Part shown: positions 34,716 through 43,551 of the stretch, piece by piece | How the letters are laid out: the number at the start of each line of letters is the position of its first letter | Numbering within the stretch: the stretch's first letter is position 1 | Assembly (NCBI GenBank): GCA_947258435.1 | Contig: CAMYID010000022.1 | Span: 106,961-170,960, forward strand | DNA from: an uncultured Alphaproteobacteria bacterium | GTDB lineage: Bacteria; Pseudomonadota; Alphaproteobacteria; UBA11222 | DNA: 64,000 bases | Reading direction: 5' to 3' | Made by a program: the position numbers and the translations under genes | The notes under the pieces: model-generated | Told to the model about the DNA's origin: nothing | Seen by the model: the letters and a program-made list of their open reading frames with translations, nothing else | The model's database searches: none

Positions 34716-36683
34716 GTGATGAAAAACCGGCCACAGACAGGCACGTTTCGCACTGTTGCGACCAATCCGCCCGATATTCCCTTCAAGCTGATGATCGAGG
34801 CGCTGCCGGCCATTGTCTGCTTCATCGATAATGACGAGGTGATCCGCTACGCCAACCCCTTCAGCACCAGGCTGTTTGGCTATGACATTGTCGGCCATCC
34901 GGTAAGCGCGGTGATCGGCGTCGACACCTATCACCGCGAGCATCAGGAACGGGTGGAAAAAACGCTGGCGGGGCAAAGGCTGAACTTTGAAATCGGCCTG
35001 TCCGTGCGGGACGATCAGTATATCTATCTTGCCGTTCAGCATATCCCGAATGTGCAAGCCGATGGCACGGTCAACGGTTATCTGGCACATGCGGTGGATA
35101 TTTCCGCCCGCCGGCGCGCGGCGGCGGAACTGGCCGAAAGCCGGCAGCGGTTTGAAGATTTTGCCTCGACGAGCTCCGACTGGTTCTGGGAAGCCGACAA
35201 GAACATGCACCTGACCGTGTTCAGCAGCAGCGGCGAACGCCGGGATGACCTGACCGGACGTGCGGTAATGGCAGAGCTGCTGGAGCTGCTGAAATCCCAC
35301 AAACGCGAGGGTTATCAGAAATATTCCAACAGTTTCAAAGACCTGATCGAAAGGCGGCCGCTGCACGATATCCGCATCGTGCGTGGTCAGTACCGCAACA
35401 CAAACCATAAGCTGAGCGATCGCGACTTCTCGGTCAGCGGCAAACCCTTCAATGACGCCAAAGGCAATTATGCCGGTTACCGGGGTACCGCGACAGACAT
35501 CACAAATCAGATGGACATCGAACGGACCATGCGCGACGCACTGGAAAGAGCGGAACGGGCGACGATCGCCAAATCGCGTTTTCTTGCCGCCGCAAGCCAT
35601 GACCTCAGGCAGCCGCTACAGGCAATCCGCCTGCTGAACGCGGCCCTGAACGAATATCTGGCCGGCGACGATATCGCACTCAATATTCTGCGCGACAGCG
35701 AACGAACCGTGGCAGTGATGGATAATCTGCTGAGCTCACTGCTCGATCTGAGCCGACTGGAATCGGGGGCCGTCGTCCCCGAACCGCAGAATTTCCATAT
35801 CGCGGATCTGCTGAACCGGCTGCGGACCGAATTCGGCCGTTCCGCCGCGGGCAAAAACCTGACCCTGAAATTCATCGACTGCCAGCAGGTCGTGCTGTCC
35901 GATCCGATGATGCTGGAATCCATTTTGCGCAACCTGCTGACCAACGCATTGCGCTATACAGAAAGCGGCAAAATTCTGGTTGGTTGCCGGCGGCGAGGCG
36001 GCTTCCTGCGACTGAGTGTGTGGGATACCGGCATCGGCATCCCCGAGGCGCAGCAGATGCAGATTTTCGACCCGTTCTTCCAGATCGGCAATCCCGACCG
36101 TGACACCCGCCAGGGGCTTGGGCTTGGGCTGTCGATCGTTGCCGGCATGGCCCGACTTCTGGATTGCCCGATCAGGCTTCAGTCCGCACCGGGCAAGGGG
36201 TCTGTTTTCTCGTTCGATGTCCCGCTGGGCGATCCGCTGCAGGCACGCAAGGACAGGCAGGATATTCATTCCCCGAATGTCAGCTGGAATCTGGCGGGGA
36301 CGCGCGCGCTGCTGATCGAGGATGACAAACCCGCCCTGGATGCGCTGGAAAAGCTGCTTTCCATGTGGAAGATGCAGGTGCTGTGCGGCACAAGCGGCGC
36401 GGATGTCGAACAGAAGTTGCGCGCGCAGCAGTTCAAACCCGATCTCATCATTTCCGATTACCGGCTGGAAGCGGGGGAAACAGGTGTCGACGCGCTGCTG
36501 CACATCGAAGGGCTGGTCGATGATGTGCCGGTGATTTTCATGACCGGCGATGACTTCACGCAGGTGCAGAATGCCCTGGGCAGCAGCTATCCGCATCTGC
36601 TGCACAAGCCGGTCGCGCCCGCCAAACTGCGCGCGCTGATCCGAAACCTGATGCGCAAGCATATCGCCCGCTCGAAATCCTGA
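34716..36683 (+). CDS. cytoplasmic hybrid sensor histidine kinase / response regulator (PAS-PAS-HisKA-HATPase-REC)
   Basis: H-box AASHDLRQPLQAI. N/G boxes LLTNALRYT...DTGIGIP...GLGLGLSIV. C-terminal receiver LLIEDDKPALDALEKLL...DLIISDYRL. No TM segments. Confidence 0.8.
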   Translation: MMKNRPQTGTFRTVATNPPDIPFKLMIEALPAIVCFIDNDEVIRYANPFSTRLFGYDIVGHPVSAVIGVDTYHREHQERVEKTLAGQRLNFEIGLSVRDDQYIYLAVQHIPNVQADGTVNGYLAHAVDISARRRAAAELAESRQRFEDFASTSSDWFWEADKNMHLTVFSSSGERRDDLTGRAVMAELLELLKSHKREGYQKYSNSFKDLIERRPLHDIRIVRGQYRNTNHKLSDRDFSVSGKPFNDAKGNYAGYRGTATDITNQMDIERTMRDALERAERATIAKSRFLAAASHDLRQPLQAIRLLNAALNEYLAGDDIALNILRDSERTVAVMDNLLSSLLDLSRLESGAVVPEPQNFHIADLLNRLRTEFGRSAAGKNLTLKFIDCQQVVLSDPMMLESILRNLLTNALRYTESGKILVGCRRRGGFLRLSVWDTGIGIPEAQQMQIFDPFFQIGNPDRDTRQGLGLGLSIVAGMARLLDCPIRLQSAPGKGSVFSFDVPLGDPLQARKDRQDIHSPNVSWNLAGTRALLIEDDKPALDALEKLLSMWKMQVLCGTSGADVEQKLRAQQFKPDLIISDYRLEAGETGVDALLHIEGLVDDVPVIFMTGDDFTQVQNALGSSYPHLLHKPVAPAKLRALIRNLMRKHIARSKS

Positions 36684-36841
36684 TCAGCAGGTCCGGGCGG
36701 CGCCATGAACGCGGCATTGACCGCCATCACCTTTCGCACGCAATACATTTTCCGGCTCTTGTTTTTGACGCATTTACCATCTAGCTGTTAGCGATGACTT
36801 GCAGTTCTGCAAAATGGTGGCGCAACAAGGCGCATAGGATG

Positions 36842-37498
36842 GCAGGCACCGCATTGCGCGCGGCACTCGGTGCGGTACTTTTGCTCGCGATGGCCGGAAC
36901 GGTGCAGGCGCAACCGCCCCTGACAGCCGAACAGCAGCGCGATCTGGATCGGGTCAACAGCTATCTGAACCGGCTTGACAAGCTGCATGCCGAATTTGAA
37001 CAGACAGGCCCCGACGGCACGGTAAGCAGGGGAGATTTCTATCTGTCGCGCCCCGGGCGGCTGCGTTTCGATTATGCCCGTCCCGATGAATTGCTGATTA
37101 TTGCCGATGGGCTTTGGCTTGCCGTGCAGGATGGGGAACTCAATACGGTCGACCGGTTCCCGATCAAATCGACGCCGCTGAGCCTGCTGCTCGACGCCCG
37201 GATCGATCTGGGCAAATCGACCCAGCTTGCGGGCATCCACCGCGAGGGAGATAGCCTGCAACTGACATTGCAGGACCCCGACGCCCCTGAAAAAGGTCAG
37301 GTGACGCTGTTTTTCGCGGCGGCAAATGCGGGGATGGCAGAGATGGCGGAAAAGCTGGAACTCAAGCGCTGGGTCGTCGTCGATGCACAGGGCCTTGCGA
37401 CACAGATCGACCTGAACGAAATCGAGCGGCGCGATACGCTCGACCCGAAATTATTCATCATGCGCGATCCCGCCCCCGACGCATTGCGCAACAGATAG
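36842..37498 (+). CDS. LolA-family periplasmic protein (outer-membrane lipoprotein carrier-like)
   Basis: Signal peptide MAGTALRAALGAVLLLAMAGTVQA. LolA pattern F-Q-x-G...G...RP-x-x-R-F-x-Y...PDE-L-x-x-DG-x-x-LW. Confidence 0.6.
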   Translation, partial: AGTALRAALGAVLLLAMAGTVQAQPPLTAEQQRDLDRVNSYLNRLDKLHAEFEQTGPDGTVSRGDFYLSRPGRLRFDYARPDELLIIADGLWLAVQDGELNTVDRFPIKSTPLSLLLDARIDLGKSTQLAGIHREGDSLQLTLQDPDAPEKGQVTLFFAAANAGMAEMAEKLELKRWVVVDAQGLATQIDLNEIERRDTLDPKLFIMRDPAPDALRNR

Positions 37499-37506
37499 GG
37501 CACACC

Positions 37507-38289
37507 GTGTCGCACACCGCCGCAAAGCCTTTCGTGCTGATGCCTTGCGACAGACGCATTGTCGGCGGCCTTCCCAATTACACACTTGGTGAAAAATATG
37601 TCGATGCGGTGCGTCATGGCGCCGGTGCGCTGCCCTTTCCGCTGATTGCAAGCGATCCGCCGCTTGAATGCGCGGCGGTACTCGACCGGGTCGACGGCTT
37701 GTTGTTGCCCGGATCCGTATCAAATATCGCACCCCGGCTATATGGCGGTCCGCCGCCGGCGGAAACAGGGTCCGACGATAGCCATCGCGATGCCACGACC
37801 CTGCCGCTTGTCGGCGCGGCAATAGAACGCGGCCTGCCGATTCTGGCAATCTGCCGCGGCTTTCAGGAACTCAATGTAGCGCTGGGCGGCAGCTTGCATC
37901 AGGATCTGGCAAGCCTGGCGGGCCCTGTTTCCCACCATGCGCCCCCCGATGCCACCATCGCCGACAGTTATGAACATCGCCATCAGGTTACAATTCGGCC
38001 CGATGGGCTGCTTGCCCGTATCCTGCCCGGCCAGCATGACATCACGGTCAATTCGGTTCATTTTCAGGGTATCGACCGCTGCGCCGAAAGACTGCGGATC
38101 GAAGCCACCGCAACCGACGGGACGATAGAAGCGGTGTCGATCGCCGGACATGACCAATTCTGTCTCGGCGTGCAATGGCATCCGGAATGGCGTTATCGGG
38201 AAAATCCGGTCTCACTTGCGATATTCAAGGCTTTCGGTCAGGCGCTAATGGCGTATCATCAGAACAACCGGAACAGTTCTGAAAAATAA
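37507..38289 (+). CDS. class-I glutamine amidotransferase-like gamma-glutamyl hydrolase (PuuD / peptidase C26 family)
   Basis: LAICRGFQELNVALGGSLHQD catalytic Cys motif. C-terminal VQWHPEW His motif. Starts 8 nt after the LolA-like gene. Confidence 0.75.
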   Translation: MSHTAAKPFVLMPCDRRIVGGLPNYTLGEKYVDAVRHGAGALPFPLIASDPPLECAAVLDRVDGLLLPGSVSNIAPRLYGGPPPAETGSDDSHRDATTLPLVGAAIERGLPILAICRGFQELNVALGGSLHQDLASLAGPVSHHAPPDATIADSYEHRHQVTIRPDGLLARILPGQHDITVNSVHFQGIDRCAERLRIEATATDGTIEAVSIAGHDQFCLGVQWHPEWRYRENPVSLAIFKAFGQALMAYHQNNRNSSEK

Positions 38290-38308
38290 CCCAGTGGGAG
38301 GGACAACA

Positions 38309-39214
38309 ATGCGGATAGGGATCAATTCGGGGGCTGCCTCGGGCCCGGAAACAACGATTGACGGGCTGATCGCCCGCGCCAGACAAATTGAGGCGGCGGG
38401 TTTTGACAGCATGTGGCTGGCCAATATGTTCGGGCTGGACGCCATGACAATGCTGGCGCTGATCGGACGTGAGACCAAAAAATTGCAGCTGGGTACCGCA
38501 GTCGTTCCCAGCTACCCGCGTCATCCGCTGGTGATGGCGCAGCAGGCCGCAACCACCCAGGCCGCGGCGGAGGGTCGCTTTACGCTGGGGATCGGTTTGT
38601 CGCACCAGCCGATTATCGAAGGCATGCTGGGCATGTCCTATGACAAGCCGGCGCGGCATATGCGCGAATATCTGCAGGTGCTCGCCCCGGCGCTGGCCAA
38701 TGAACGGGTTCAGTTTTCGGGTGATCAGTACCGCGTCAACGGGCAGATTACCGTCAAGGAATCGGACGGTGTACCGCTTGTCGTCGCGGCGCTGGGCGAT
38801 ATCATGCTGAAGCTGGCGGGCACCCATGCGGACGGCACGATCACCTGGATGACCGGCGCGCAGACCCTTGAAAGCCATATCATTCCCAAGATCAGGAAAG
38901 CCGCGGCAGATGCCGGAAAGCCGGCGCCGCGCATTGTCGCGGGCATGCCGATGGCGATTGTGCCGGACAAGGAAGCCGCGCGCGACCGGATCGACAAGGG
39001 CATGAAAATGTACGGCCAGCTCGCCTCATATCGTGCCATGCTCGATAATGAAGGGGTGGAAGGCCCCTCGGGCATCGCCATCATCGGCGATGAAAAGGAA
39101 CTGCGCTCGGCAATCGGCCGTTTGCGCGATATCGGCGTGACCGACCTTAACTGCGCGGTACTGGGGGTTGGCGATCCCGAGGTAACCTTCGATTTCCTGG
39201 CAAGCGAGCTGTAA
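38309..39214 (+). CDS. LLM-class (luciferase-like) flavin-dependent oxidoreductase
   Basis: Start at MRIGINSGAAS. TIM-barrel LLM features. Third gene of the LolA-like/PuuD-like/LLM operon. Confidence 0.75.
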   Translation: MRIGINSGAASGPETTIDGLIARARQIEAAGFDSMWLANMFGLDAMTMLALIGRETKKLQLGTAVVPSYPRHPLVMAQQAATTQAAAEGRFTLGIGLSHQPIIEGMLGMSYDKPARHMREYLQVLAPALANERVQFSGDQYRVNGQITVKESDGVPLVVAALGDIMLKLAGTHADGTITWMTGAQTLESHIIPKIRKAAADAGKPAPRIVAGMPMAIVPDKEAARDRIDKGMKMYGQLASYRAMLDNEGVEGPSGIAIIGDEKELRSAIGRLRDIGVTDLNCAVLGVGDPEVTFDFLASEL

Positions 39215-39347
39215 CGCCCGCCGGCATGCCTGACTTGGACACCGGCCGCGCATTATCGTCGGCCGGTGGACAGCCCCGGGACGGGGGCGCCCGGATAAAA
39301 CCGTCGCGCCCGCCTGAAATGCGCAGAATCCGAGCGGGGCGGCCTGC

Positions 39348-39815
39348 CTAGGCCGCCGATGAGGAAGCCGAGGATTCGGTCAGCAATGCGAATAATGCCG
39401 CATCATGGCTTGAGCCGCGCAGTTTTGAACAGAATTCCGTGTTCCGCAGCAGCCGCGATATCCGCGCCAATGCGCGCAAATGCTCGGCACCGGCATCTTC
39501 AGGTGCAATCAGAAGGAAAATCAGATCGACAGGCCGCTCATCGATCGAATCGAAATCTATCGGATGATCGAGCCGGGCGAATATGCCGAAAAGCCGATCG
39601 GCATCTTCGAGTTTGGCGTGTGGCAAGGCCACACCCTGTCCGACACCTGTGCTGCCCAGACGCTCCCGCTCCAGCAACGCGTCGAGAATAAGCTGCGAAT
39701 CCATACCGCAGATTTCAGCCGCGCGTTCGCTCAATTCACGCAAAGCCTGTTTTTTACTCTTTGCTTTGAGGTTGGGGACAACGCCCTGCGGATCAAGAAG
39801 CTCGACAAGCTCCAT
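39348..39815 (-). CDS. ptsN: PTS EIIA(Ntr) nitrogen regulatory protein
   Basis: Start at MELVELLDPQGVVPNLKAKSKKQALRELSERAA behind the GAAGGTGAG RBS. Phospho-His region ERERLGSTGVGQGVALPHAKL. Confidence 0.8.
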   Translation of the reverse strand: MELVELLDPQGVVPNLKAKSKKQALRELSERAAEICGMDSQLILDALLERERLGSTGVGQGVALPHAKLEDADRLFGIFARLDHPIDFDSIDERPVDLIFLLIAPEDAGAEHLRALARISRLLRNTEFCSKLRGSSHDAALFALLTESSASSSAA

Positions 39816-40223
39816 CAGTTTCTCACCTTCACTAATTTCAGGCTGCCTATCCCGCCCGGCACTCATCGTCGCGGGCATATATGCTGCAGGACTTCCACTC
39901 CAGAATCAGCAAGCTTTCCCTTTCGGCCGCCGCTATCGGCGCCCATAACTGACTTCGCACCGGTCCGTTACCCCAAGGTTCCAAACCAGGTAACGTGATG
40001 TCGCCGGAAAGCGCGCGGACGATAGTGCGGCTGCCGGAGAGTGTCAACATGAGGCGGAAAATCTAATTTTCCGTCAGAAATGCCGCCGACCTTACAACGC
40101 GATTGTCAAAAATTCATCCGATCCACGGCCAAAAAATCCCGCACGGCCACCATTTGCAGAGGCGTTTAGCGCAAATAATCTAATTTGTTCCAAATACTTA
40201 ATTATGCGTATCGCTGAGCAATA

Positions 40224-40237
40224 AATACAATTGTATT
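40224..40237. promoter_or_regulatory. perfect 14-bp palindrome AATACAATTGTATT about 60 bp upstream of the GT2 gene
   Basis: Self-complementary. Embedded in an AT-rich tract (40050-40260) that also carries the 10-bp direct repeat AATCTAATTT at 40060-40069 and 40177-40186. Confidence 0.5.
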
Positions 40238-40294
40238 CAGAATTTCCGCCCCCTAGGCTTATTGAAAAACATGTATATAACGGGGGGTCAAGGG

Positions 40295-42091
40295 ATGGAT
40301 GATAATGGGGGATGGCCCGCGCGCCGCGTTTTGCACAACGATAAAGAAATCAAACAACGGACCAATCGGGCAGCGCGCACAAATCAGAAAATTCGTATAC
40401 CGAATAACGACATAGACGCGGCAACTTATCGCACACACAGAACGCAACCGCCCCTGGCAATCGATCCGGAGTTCTGCGCCCGCCATCTTGTTCTGCCGGA
40501 CGAAAACGGGAAATGGCACCACCGATATGCCAGCTGCAATGTGAAAGATGCGACGGCGCTGTTTCGCGCCCTGACAGAAGAAAAGTACGAGAAGTTTTCT
40601 TTTAGTTATATTCCCAAGGATGCGCTTGTCCGGACGATCGAATCGCGGTTCGGGCAGGATATTGCTGAAAACGCCGCCTGGCGCCTTGCCTGGCAAGACC
40701 CGGCCTGCAGCGCGCATCTGGGCATTCTCCGTGGCCAGAAGATTATTCTGCTGTCTTGCCTGATTGCGATTTTCTGCAGCGCGATCTTGCTGCCAGATGT
40801 CACTCTGATCGCATCATTATGGGGAATCGGCCTTGTCTTTGCTGTGATGACCGCATTTCGGTTCGCCCTGCTGGCTGCCGGGACTGTCAGCTGGCAACCG
40901 ATCCACTATGCAGCACGGGGCGAGGATGAAGACGATACCGGCTCCGCCACCCCACCCCCGGCAAGCGGTTTGTTCGCGGATCTGCCGGTCTATACGATTC
41001 TGGCGCCGCTTTACGATGAACCCGAAATCGTGCCCCAGCTTATTGAGGCATTGTCCGATCTGGATTATCCGCCTGACCTTCTGGATATCAAACTTCTCCT
41101 GGAAGAAGATGATACGCGCACTCTTGCCGCCATCCAGGCATTGAATTTACCGGCCTGTTTTGAATTGCTGCATGTGCCCGCGCTGGCGCCCAGGACAAAA
41201 CCGAAAGCCTGCAATTACGGGCTTGCCTTTGCCCGGGGCGAATTCACGGTGATCTATGATGCCGAGGATATGCCCGACCCCGATCAGCTCCGGCGCGCTG
41301 TGGCAAAATTTGGCAAATCGGATCCCGAAACCGCCTGCCTGCAGGCGCGGCTGAACTTTTACAATCCGCGCGATAACTGGCTGACACGGCAATTCACGCT
41401 GGAATACAGCATGTGGTTCGATTTGCTGTTGCCGGGTCTGAAACGGCTGGGGCTGCCCATTCCGCTTGGCGGCACCTCGAATCATTTTCGCACAGATGTG
41501 CTGCGCGCGATCGGCGGATGGGACCCTTACAATGTAACAGAGGATGCCGATCTGGGCCTGCGACTGGCACGGCGCGGCTATCGCTGCAGCATTCTGAATT
41601 CCACGACCTATGAGGAAGCCAACAGCGAAACATTCAACTGGCTGCGGCAGAGAACCCGCTGGCAAAAAGGCTATATGATGACATGGCTTGTGCATATGCG
41701 GCATCCGGTCTGGCTGGCGCGGCAGCTCGGTCTGTGGCGGACGCTGGGATTCCATCTGTTTTTCGGGGGCACCGTGCTGCTTGCCCTCTGTACGCCCCTG
41801 GCCCTGCCACTGCTGCTGAGCGGTCTGATTCTAAGTTTTGATCCGGTGCTCAAGCTGCTCAAGTTCGGCACCCTGATCGGTGGATTTGCAACGCTTTTCT
41901 CCTGTGCCATCGCCGGGGCGCTGAGCCGGGGCAATTACGATCTTGTCAAGGATGTCTGGCGCACGCCCTTTTACTGGTTGCTGACCATGGCGGCGAATAT
42001 ACGCGCGGTCTGGCAGCTGTTTCACTGTCCTTTTTATTGGGAGAAGACGCGCCATGGTCTTAACCTGTTCCACCCCCGCCAGAATGGATAG
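40295..42091 (+). CDS. family-2 glycosyltransferase, membrane-embedded (about 230-aa cytoplasmic N-terminal domain + 2 TM + GT-A catalytic domain + C-terminal TMs)
   Basis: ATG at 40295 behind GGGGGGTCAAGGG. GT2 motifs YDAEDMPDPDQL (DxD) and QRTRWQKG (QxxRW-like, processive synthase type). Multiple C-terminal TM helices. Confidence 0.75.
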   Translation: MDDNGGWPARRVLHNDKEIKQRTNRAARTNQKIRIPNNDIDAATYRTHRTQPPLAIDPEFCARHLVLPDENGKWHHRYASCNVKDATALFRALTEEKYEKFSFSYIPKDALVRTIESRFGQDIAENAAWRLAWQDPACSAHLGILRGQKIILLSCLIAIFCSAILLPDVTLIASLWGIGLVFAVMTAFRFALLAAGTVSWQPIHYAARGEDEDDTGSATPPPASGLFADLPVYTILAPLYDEPEIVPQLIEALSDLDYPPDLLDIKLLLEEDDTRTLAAIQALNLPACFELLHVPALAPRTKPKACNYGLAFARGEFTVIYDAEDMPDPDQLRRAVAKFGKSDPETACLQARLNFYNPRDNWLTRQFTLEYSMWFDLLLPGLKRLGLPIPLGGTSNHFRTDVLRAIGGWDPYNVTEDADLGLRLARRGYRCSILNSTTYEEANSETFNWLRQRTRWQKGYMMTWLVHMRHPVWLARQLGLWRTLGFHLFFGGTVLLALCTPLALPLLLSGLILSFDPVLKLLKFGTLIGGFATLFSCAIAGALSRGNYDLVKDVWRTPFYWLLTMAANIRAVWQLFHCPFYWEKTRHGLNLFHPRQNG

Positions 42092-42127
42092 GGTCGCTGA
42101 AGCATTATCGCCGACAGGACGGACCTT

Positions 42128-42697
42128 GTGACAGAAACCGCAACGCAGAATTTACCGGGCAGACTGGTTCTGGTCGTCGGCCCGTCCGGGGCGGGCAAGG
42201 ATATGCTGATCGACGGGGCGCGGCAGGCGCTGCGGGATGATCCGCAATTCGTCTTTCCCCGGCGCGAGATCACGCGGCCGCCCGGCGGGGCAGGAGAGGA
42301 CTATATCTCCGTCTCCGAAGCGACATTCAACGCACGCAGGGAGAGCGGGACCTACGCTTTCGCCTGGCACGCCCATGGGCTGAATTACGGAATCGGGCGC
42401 GCGATTGAGGCTGCGCTCGGCGATGGCAAGACCGTGATCGTCAACGTGTCACGCAGCCTGCTGCCCATGCTGCGCCAACGCTATCCCCGTCATCAGATCG
42501 TCGCCTTGACCGTGCCGCGTGCTATTCTGCGCGACAGGCTGCGCGCGCGCGGCCGGGAAAGTGACGCGGAGATAGAAGAGCGGCTTAACCGGGCCGCCGC
42601 ATTTACTGTGGAAGGCAAAGATGTCATCAAACTGACGAATGACTCTGCTAAATTGACGCTTATCGTCAAATTTATTGAAATCCTGCGGTCGACGTGA
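42128..42697 (+). CDS. phnN: ribose 1,5-bisphosphate phosphokinase (PRPP-forming), PhnN family
   Basis: P-loop VVGPSGAGKD. AFAWHAHGLNYGIG matches the PhnN signature ALSWHANGLYYGVG. GTG start 36 nt after the GT2 stop. Confidence 0.75.
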   Translation: MTETATQNLPGRLVLVVGPSGAGKDMLIDGARQALRDDPQFVFPRREITRPPGGAGEDYISVSEATFNARRESGTYAFAWHAHGLNYGIGRAIEAALGDGKTVIVNVSRSLLPMLRQRYPRHQIVALTVPRAILRDRLRARGRESDAEIEERLNRAAAFTVEGKDVIKLTNDSAKLTLIVKFIEILRST

Positions 42698-42824
42698 GAC
42701 GATACAAGTACAGATAGCTTAATATTCTGTCCCGACCGCAACCCTGCGACGCGTGAGAAAGCGCAGACGACGGCCAGGTTAAATATCGCTCACGCGCTAC
42801 ACTACTTCTTTGGAAATCCCCTAC

Positions 42825-43277
42825 ATGACACAAGCAACGGTAAAATGGTTCAACCCGACGAAAGGGTTTGGTTTTGTCACCTTCGAAGATGGCACACCAG
42901 ATGCCTTTCTGCATGTATCGGTCGTTGAACGCGCCGGCCTCGCCTCGCTGGCGGAAGGTACTGTAATTGAATGCGAAGTCGGACAAGGCCAGAAAGGCCC
43001 GCAAATCGAACGTATTCTGTCCGTCGATGAATCAACTGCTCAGCCCGCGGCTCCTGCCGCGCAACCGGGCGGCACCGTTGAGGGCGTCGTGAAATGGTTC
43101 AATCCCGACAAAGGCTTCGGATTTGTGCAGCCCGATAATGGCGGCAAGGATGTATTCCTGCATATCTCCGTGGTCGAACGGGCTGGGATCGGCGCGCTTT
43201 ACGAAGGGCAGCGGGTCAGGCTTGAAACAAGCGCCGGCCAGAAAGGCCCGCAAGCCGAAGCGATCGAGCTTCTGTAA
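42825..43277 (+). CDS. cold-shock protein with two tandem CSD domains
   Basis: Two copies of the RNP1-like motif, KWFNPTKGFGFV and KWFNPDKGFGFV, each followed by FLHVSVVERAG / FLHISVVERAG. Start at MTQATVKWF. Confidence 0.85.
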   Translation: MTQATVKWFNPTKGFGFVTFEDGTPDAFLHVSVVERAGLASLAEGTVIECEVGQGQKGPQIERILSVDESTAQPAAPAAQPGGTVEGVVKWFNPDKGFGFVQPDNGGKDVFLHISVVERAGIGALYEGQRVRLETSAGQKGPQAEAIELL

Positions 43278-43420
43278 AACCGGCTTCAGCCGATATGGTA
43301 TCTGCCGGTCGCCTGAAGCGTCTGCTCTGAATTTCCGGTAAAGCCCCCGGTTGATGCGGCCGCCAACGCCGCCAATCGGCGGGACAACCATGCCCGGACA
43401 ATACGCATCAGGGCGCAATT

Positions 43421-43480
43421 CAAAAACAAACAAGCCGACGCGCACAAGGCGCGCATATCGGCTTGTTTGAATATTTCCTC
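43421..43480. terminator. bidirectional rho-independent terminator shared by the csp (+) and usp (-) genes
   Basis: CAAACAAGCCGA...TCGGCTTGTTTG is a 12-bp outer stem enclosing an inner CGCGC-acaag-GCGCG stem. It is flanked by an A-run on the 5' side and TTTGAATATTT on the 3' side. Confidence 0.7.
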
Positions 43481-43551
43481 ACGAACCGGCCTTTCGCGCG
43501 CGCACACCGATACGCCATCAGGTCCATCCGGTTAATTGCACCATCAGGCGG

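Noticed and set aside
39847-40050. 67-aa minus-strand ORF upstream of ptsN, considered as a possible NPr/HPr partner
   Set aside because: No HPr signature (no GxHARPA-like His15 region), odd composition, and no RBS. It is probably non-coding leader sequence.
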